From a virus, in UHGV virus genome UHGV-0333516: 10,733 nt of DNA; one strand, given 5' to 3'. The position numbers were made by a program, and so were the translations under genes. Below are positions 6,628 through 10,733 of this stretch, one piece after another. The notes beneath the pieces are model-generated. The model was not told the DNA's origin. It searched no databases and saw only the letters and a program-made list of their open reading frames with translations. Each line of letters begins with the position of its first letter. Positions within the stretch are counted from its first letter, which is position 1.

Positions 6628-7623
6628 GTGACCGTGAGAGCACTACTGACCCCTGAAATTGCCCCGCGTATGGGGATCGTATTGTTCAGACCCGGTTCAG
6701 AGCTGATGCCCCTGTTTATGCAGGGGCGTGTCCTGCTGGAGCCTGAGCCGGAACGTTATTCATCTTTTGCCAGTGGTGCCGTTCCGGCAGCATCACAACC
6801 GCTGGCGGATGATCCTGCCGTTCGGGTCGTGTTCCGCAATGAGGCAGTGATCCGTCGTGCTGGTGGCGTGGAATGTCTTGAAAGCTGGTTACTTCGTGAA
6901 AAAGGTTGCCAGTGGCCTCATTCCGACTGGCACAGCGAGAACATGACCACAATGCGACACGCGCCGGGCGCAATCCGTCTGTGCTGGCACTGCGATAACC
7001 AGCTGCGCGATCAGTTCACGGAACGGCTGGAATCAATGGCAACGGATAACTGTGCCCGCTGGGTGTTGTCTGTTGTGCGTCGGGATCTCGGTTTTGATGA
7101 CAGTCACGTTGTGACAATGCCGGAACTGTGCTGGTGGCTGGTTCGTAATGATCTGGCGGATGCCTTACCGGAAAGTGCAGCCCGTAAGGCACTGAGATTA
7201 CCGAAGCCTGTTGTGCCGTCTGTCACCCGGGAGAGTGACCTTGTGCCTTCGGTTCCGGCCACCAGCATCATCCAGAATAAAGCGAAAAAGGTGCTGGCGC
7301 TGAAAGTGGATCCGGAGTCGCCGGAGTCTTTTATGTTACGCCCAAAACGTCGCCGCTGGGTTAACGAAAAGTACACGCGCTGGGTTAAGACGCAGCCGTG
7401 TGCATGTTGTGGAAAGCCTGCTGATGATCCCCACCACCTGATAGGCCACGGTCAGGGGGGAATGGGTACAAAAGCGCATGACCTCTTCGTGCTGCCTTTG
7501 TGCAGAAAGCATCACGACGAGCTGCATGCGGATACCGTGGCATTTGAAGAGAAGTATGGCTCCCAGCTGGAGCTGATATTTCGTTTTATCGATCGTGCGC
7601 TGGCAATAGGCGTGCTGGCCTGA
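6628..7623 (+). CDS. DUF968-like prophage protein with C-terminal HNH-like Cys/His motif
   Basis: C-terminal CACCGKPADDPHHLIGHGQGGMGTKAHDLFVLPLCRKHHDELH; sits immediately upstream of Q as in other E. coli prophages. Confidence 0.6.
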   Translation: MTVRALLTPEIAPRMGIVLFRPGSELMPLFMQGRVLLEPEPERYSSFASGAVPAASQPLADDPAVRVVFRNEAVIRRAGGVECLESWLLREKGCQWPHSDWHSENMTTMRHAPGAIRLCWHCDNQLRDQFTERLESMATDNCARWVLSVVRRDLGFDDSHVVTMPELCWWLVRNDLADALPESAARKALRLPKPVVPSVTRESDLVPSVPATSIIQNKAKKVLALKVDPESPESFMLRPKRRRWVNEKYTRWVKTQPCACCGKPADDPHHLIGHGQGGMGTKAHDLFVLPLCRKHHDELHADTVAFEEKYGSQLELIFRFIDRALAIGVLA

Positions 7624-7640
7624 TTTTGTGGAGAAAGTTG

Positions 7641-8012
7641 ATGCGTGATATTCAAATGGTTCTTGAACGTTGGGGGGCATGGGTGGCAAATAATCACGAG
7701 GATGTGGAATGGTCATCTGTTGCTGCAGGTTTTAAGGGATTAATTCCTTCGAAAGTAAAATCCCGCCCGCAATGTAGCGATGACGATGGCCTGATCATTA
7801 GCTCTGCGATGACAGTTCTTAAGAAAAAGGAACCGTATCAATACGAATTACTGGAAATGTATTATGTGTATGGGGTTACATTACGGGTGTTGGGGGTAAA
7901 ACTGGGGATATCACTTAATCAGGTTGTTATCAGACTGCAGAAAGCTGAAGGGTTTATTGACGGTTGTCTGGCAATGTTGGGGGTATCTTTAGAAATTGAT
8001 TGTTACATATAG
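7641..8012 (+). CDS. late-gene antitermination protein Q (small Q family)
   Basis: MRDIQMVLERWGAWVANNHEDVEWSS...SKVKSRPQCSDDD...RLQKAEGFIDGCLAMLGV matches the Q-family pattern of E. coli cryptic prophages; ATG 7641 with RBS gtggag. Confidence 0.8.
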   Translation: MRDIQMVLERWGAWVANNHEDVEWSSVAAGFKGLIPSKVKSRPQCSDDDGLIISSAMTVLKKKEPYQYELLEMYYVYGVTLRVLGVKLGISLNQVVIRLQKAEGFIDGCLAMLGVSLEIDCYI

Positions 8013-8087
8013 TAATAAATTCAATCAAAGTAAATAATCATATTTTATTATAACCTCCTGATGATACCTGTTCATTGGGAGGTTATT

Positions 8088-8705
8088 ATGGATAAAAATG
8101 TAGAGCATGTATTAGTTGATGCAATTGAAAATAAGCAATCTTTAACAGTCGTTTACTTAGGAGGGAGCCAGCCCGGAACATTAAGGAATATTTCTCCGAT
8201 TAGTATAAATGGGGATAAATTGCGGGCAAGATGCCATAGTTCTGGAGCAGTAAAGGTTTTCAATCTTGGGAAAATACAGTTACCCAGTGACTCCTGCGCG
8301 GTATCTATGCACTATGGAGATTTAGAAGTTAAAGCTTATGAGACGATGCAGAGCGTAAATGACAACTTTCATGCCCTTTATCCTGAAGGACGATGGGGTG
8401 TTGATTTTAATGAGCATCGCTTTGCTTTATTTGATTTTTTTAAAAACGGGAAACGAAAAAAAACGGCATTTATGGCAATTGAGTTCAGGGAAAGAGATGA
8501 AGAGAAAATAATAACAGGTGTAACAATTGATATTGGTATATCTGGAACAGTGATTTCTGAGAAGTCCCGAATCCCAAAAAGACGACCATGGGTAGTGGTT
8601 GGTCCCGAACACGGAGAATACAGTACTTATTCAACTTTGGACAAGGCTGCTACAGCGTTTTTTGAGAGGCTTTCGTTGATAGCATCCGGCCTGGAAGATA
8701 ATTGA
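8088..8705 (+). CDS. hypothetical AT-rich cargo protein with WYL-like N-terminal motif
   Basis: Strong RBS gggagg 5 nt before ATG 8088; about 205 aa; visibly AT-rich compared with flanking genes; N-terminal LTVVYLGGSQPGTLRNISPISINGDKLRARCHSSGAVKVFNLGKI resembles the WYL/SH3-like beta-barrel pattern (by eye). Confidence 0.6.
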   Translation: MDKNVEHVLVDAIENKQSLTVVYLGGSQPGTLRNISPISINGDKLRARCHSSGAVKVFNLGKIQLPSDSCAVSMHYGDLEVKAYETMQSVNDNFHALYPEGRWGVDFNEHRFALFDFFKNGKRKKTAFMAIEFRERDEEKIITGVTIDIGISGTVISEKSRIPKRRPWVVVGPEHGEYSTYSTLDKAATAFFERLSLIASGLEDN

Positions 8706-8835
8706 TTTTATGTTTGGTATTCAGAGTTCGCCGTGCTTAAGAAAGTCAAGATTCTAAAAATACTGAATGAGCTACTTGTGTTATAACAAAAATGCTATTA
8801 GTGTGTTAAGAGTGGTTACTTCGCCACACAACTTA

Positions 8836-8859
8836 AACCCGCCACTGAGCGGGTTTTTT
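8836..8859 (+). terminator. intrinsic terminator (tR'-like)
   Basis: aacccgc-cactga-gcgggtt stem-loop followed by tttttt. Confidence 0.6.
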
Positions 8860-8981
8860 GTACCTGTAAACTTGGTGCAGTACAGTAAACACGCTGGTGG
8901 TCGTGAATACTGACTTTTTATCTTGCTGGCTTTTTAGACAAGAGTTATTGGTATGTCATGTTAACCAGAAGGGAAAAAGAC

Positions 8982-9179
8982 ATGCTAAAACAGCAAGATA
9001 TGACCGAAACCGCCAGAGTGGTGTTTAATGAATTGAGCGTCACCGAACCGGCGACAGTCGGGGAGATTGCGCAGAATACTTACCTTTCACGCGAACGCTG
9101 CCAGTTAATACTGACCCAGCTGGTTATGGCGGGTCTGGCAGACTATCAGTTCGGTTGTTACAGACGCCTTCCGCAGTGA
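8982..9179 (+). CDS. small winged-helix-like protein (PapI/FaeA-like by eye)
   Basis: 65 aa from ATG 8982 (RBS agaaggga); the track start 8958 is in the same frame; TVGEIAQNTYLSRERCQLILTQLVMAGLA resembles small wHTH regulators. Confidence 0.45.
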   Translation: MLKQQDMTETARVVFNELSVTEPATVGEIAQNTYLSRERCQLILTQLVMAGLADYQFGCYRRLPQ

Positions 9180-9193
9180 AGGCTTTTTTATTT
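9166..9193 (+). terminator. intrinsic terminator overlapping the stop of the small wHTH gene
   Basis: gccttc-cgcagt-gaaggc stem-loop followed by ttttttattt. Confidence 0.6.
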
Positions 9194-9329
9194 GTGGTAA
9201 ATGGGCGGTTGGTGGGTGTTAGGGGCACCCACCAGCCATCTGCTCATGCGTTGGGTTCACAAGCAAACCTCAGGCCCACTGCTTTGCGCAAAAGCAGAAT
9301 GAGCCTATCAGAGACAGGCTTAATGATCC

Positions 9330-10379
9330 ATGCTTAATACTGTAAAAATATCCAGTTGTGAGTTAATCAACGCCGACTGCCTGGAATTTATCCGGTCGTT
9401 ACCCGAAAATTCTGTTGACCTGATAGTCACGGACCCGCCGTACTTTAAAGTGAAGCCTGAGGGCTGGGATAACCAGTGGAAGGGCGACGATGATTACCTG
9501 AAGTGGCTGGACCAGTGTCTGGCGCAGTTCTGGCGGGTGCTGAAACCTGCCGGAAGTCTTTACCTGTTCTGTGGTCATCGCCTGGCATCTGATATCGAAA
9601 TCATGATGCGTGAACGCTTCAGTGTGCTGAACCATATTATCTGGGCGAAGCCGTCCGGACGCTGGAACGGATGCAACAAGGAAAGCCTGCGGGCGTATTT
9701 CCCCGCCACAGAGCGCATTCTGTTCGCGGAACATTATCAGGGGCCGTATCGTCCGAAAGATGCCGGGTATGAGGCGAAGAGCAGGGCACTGAAACAGCAT
9801 GTGATGGCCCCGCTGATTGCTTACTTTCGTGATGCGCGCGCTGCCCTGGGGATAACGGCAAAACAGATTGCAGATGCCACAGGAAAGAAAAACATGGTGC
9901 CGCACTGGTTCAGTGCCAGTCAGTGGCAGCTACCGAACGAAAGCGATTATCTGAAATTACAGTCGCTGTTTGCCCGGGTGGCAGAAGAGAAACATCAGCG
10001 GGGAGAACTGGAAAAGTCCCATTACCAACTGGTCAGCACATACAGTGAGCTGAACCGGCAGTATACGGAACTGCTGAGTGAATATAAAAATTTGCGGCGG
10101 TATTTCGGTGTGACGGTGCAGGTGCCGTACACCGATGTGTGGACGTATAAACCGGTGCAGTACTATCCAGGGAAACATCCGTGCGAAAAACCGGCAGAAA
10201 TGCTGCAGCAGATAATCAGCGCAAGTAGTCGTCCTGGTGATCTGGTTGCGGATTTTTTCATGGGGTCGGGTTCAACGGTAAAAGCGGCGATGGCACTGGG
10301 GCGTCGTGCGATTGGTGTTGAGCTGGAGACCGGACGTTTTGAGCAGACAGTCAGGGAAGTTCAGGATTTAATCGTTTGA
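9330..10379 (+). CDS. DNA methyltransferase (beta-class N6A/N4C type; motif IV DPPY precedes motif I)
   Basis: LIVTDPPY near the N-terminus and DFFMGSGST near the C-terminus; 349 aa. Confidence 0.85.
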   Translation: MLNTVKISSCELINADCLEFIRSLPENSVDLIVTDPPYFKVKPEGWDNQWKGDDDYLKWLDQCLAQFWRVLKPAGSLYLFCGHRLASDIEIMMRERFSVLNHIIWAKPSGRWNGCNKESLRAYFPATERILFAEHYQGPYRPKDAGYEAKSRALKQHVMAPLIAYFRDARAALGITAKQIADATGKKNMVPHWFSASQWQLPNESDYLKLQSLFARVAEEKHQRGELEKSHYQLVSTYSELNRQYTELLSEYKNLRRYFGVTVQVPYTDVWTYKPVQYYPGKHPCEKPAEMLQQIISASSRPGDLVADFFMGSGSTVKAAMALGRRAIGVELETGRFEQTVREVQDLIV

Positions 10380-10390
10380 AACGGATGAGA

Positions 10391-10419
10391 TTGCAGTATT
10401 AATTCCGTAACGTTATTAT
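10391..10419 (+). promoter_or_regulatory. candidate stable-RNA-type promoter for the tRNA cluster
   Basis: -35 ttgcag (10391-10396), 17-bp spacer, -10 tattat (10414-10419), GC-rich discriminator ctgcgcgcgg immediately before the tRNA 5' end. Confidence 0.45.
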
Positions 10420-10428
10420 TCTGCGCGC

Positions 10429-10504
10429 GGCCCTTTAGCTCAGTGGTGAGAGCGAGCGACTCATAATCGCCAGGTCGCTGGTTCAAATCCAGCAAGGGCC
10501 ACCA
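10429..10504 (+). tRNA. tRNA-Ile(CAU) (ileX/ileZ-like; tRNA-Met not excluded)
   Basis: 76-nt cloverleaf: acceptor ggccctt/aagggcc, D-stem gctc/gagc, anticodon loop ctcataa (CAT), T-loop ttcaaat, 3' ACCA; close to E. coli ileX. Confidence 0.8.
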
Positions 10505-10513
10505 TATCACATA

Positions 10514-10590
10514 CCGCCATTAGCTCATCGGGATAGAGCGTCAGCCTTCGAAGCTGGTTGCGCGGGGTTCGAGTCCTCGATGGCGGTCCA
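10514..10590 (+). tRNA. tRNA-Arg(UCG)
   Basis: 77-nt cloverleaf: acceptor ccgccat/atggcgg, D-stem gctc/gagc, anticodon loop cttcgaa (TCG), T-arm cgggg-ttcgagt-cctcg, 3' TCCA. Confidence 0.75.
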
Positions 10591-10615
10591 TTATCTGTAC
10601 CCTGCGTTGTTAGCT

Positions 10616-10733
10616 CCCGCGCAACCAGCTTCGAAGGCTGACGCTCTATCCCGATGAGCTAATGGCGGTATGTGATATGGTGGCCCTTGCTGGATTTGAA
10701 CCAGCGACCTGGCGATTATGAGTCGCTCGCTCT
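10616..10733 (-). repeat. perfect 118-bp inverted duplicate of 10449-10566 (partial tRNA-Arg and tRNA-Ile copies), running to the window end
   Basis: 10616-10733 is the exact reverse complement of 10449-10566; the 49-bp unique spacer 10567-10615 holds the tRNA-Arg 3' end. Confidence 0.9.

Noticed and set aside
5796-7636. Identical 12-mer tttgtggagaaa preceding both the KilA-N and Q start codons
   Set aside because: A few exact 12-mer repeats are expected by chance in about 10.7 kb (on the order of 3); it is most simply two similar Shine-Dalgarno contexts.
8864-8890. ctgtaaacttggtgcagtacag as a LexA box
   Set aside because: The CTGT and ACAG halves are 14 nt apart, not 8, so it does not fit the SOS-box geometry.
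10380-10410. Terminator after the methyltransferase (acgga...tccgt)
   Set aside because: The stem is only 5 bp with an 18-nt loop and no clean U-tract; the region is better explained as the -35 and spacer of the tRNA promoter.
1-10733. CRISPR array, integrase/att site, lysis cassette, toxin-antitoxin pair
   Set aside because: No repeat-spacer array was seen; no integrase, holin or endolysin motif was recognised; the window appears to end before the late lysis and structural genes.

Overview
This window reads as the early/regulatory half of a lambdoid temperate prophage from an enterobacterial (E. coli-like) host. In order: an immunity region (CI-like HTH + S24-peptidase repressor on the minus strand, divergent Cro-like gene, three operator-like sites), a CII-like gene, a Rha-family regulator, a translationally coupled replication/nin-like operon (DnaT-like replication protein, phage Dam-type N6A methyltransferase, LexA DNA-binding-domain-only protein, RusA resolvase), a KilA-N-domain antirepressor-like gene preceded by a near-consensus LexA (SOS) box, a DUF968/HNH-like protein and the antiterminator Q. 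Downstream of Q lies a cargo segment where lysis or toxin genes would normally sit: an AT-rich unknown gene with a WYL-like N-terminal motif, a small winged-helix-like protein, a beta-class DNA methyltransferase, and tRNA-Ile(CAU) and tRNA-Arg(UCG) with their own stable-RNA-type promoter. The most striking features are structural. The repressor gene is broken at a 16-bp inverted repeat, with its missing catalytic-Lys segment encoded on the opposite strand at the window start. The window ends in a perfect 118-bp inverted duplication of the tRNA cluster. Two G-homopolymer tracts sit exactly where a single extra G would fuse adjacent reading frames. These may be real (inversion switch, inverted duplication, contingency tracts) or assembly/sequencing artefacts; I cannot tell which from sequence alone. 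All family assignments are from motif recognition by eye, not from database searches.
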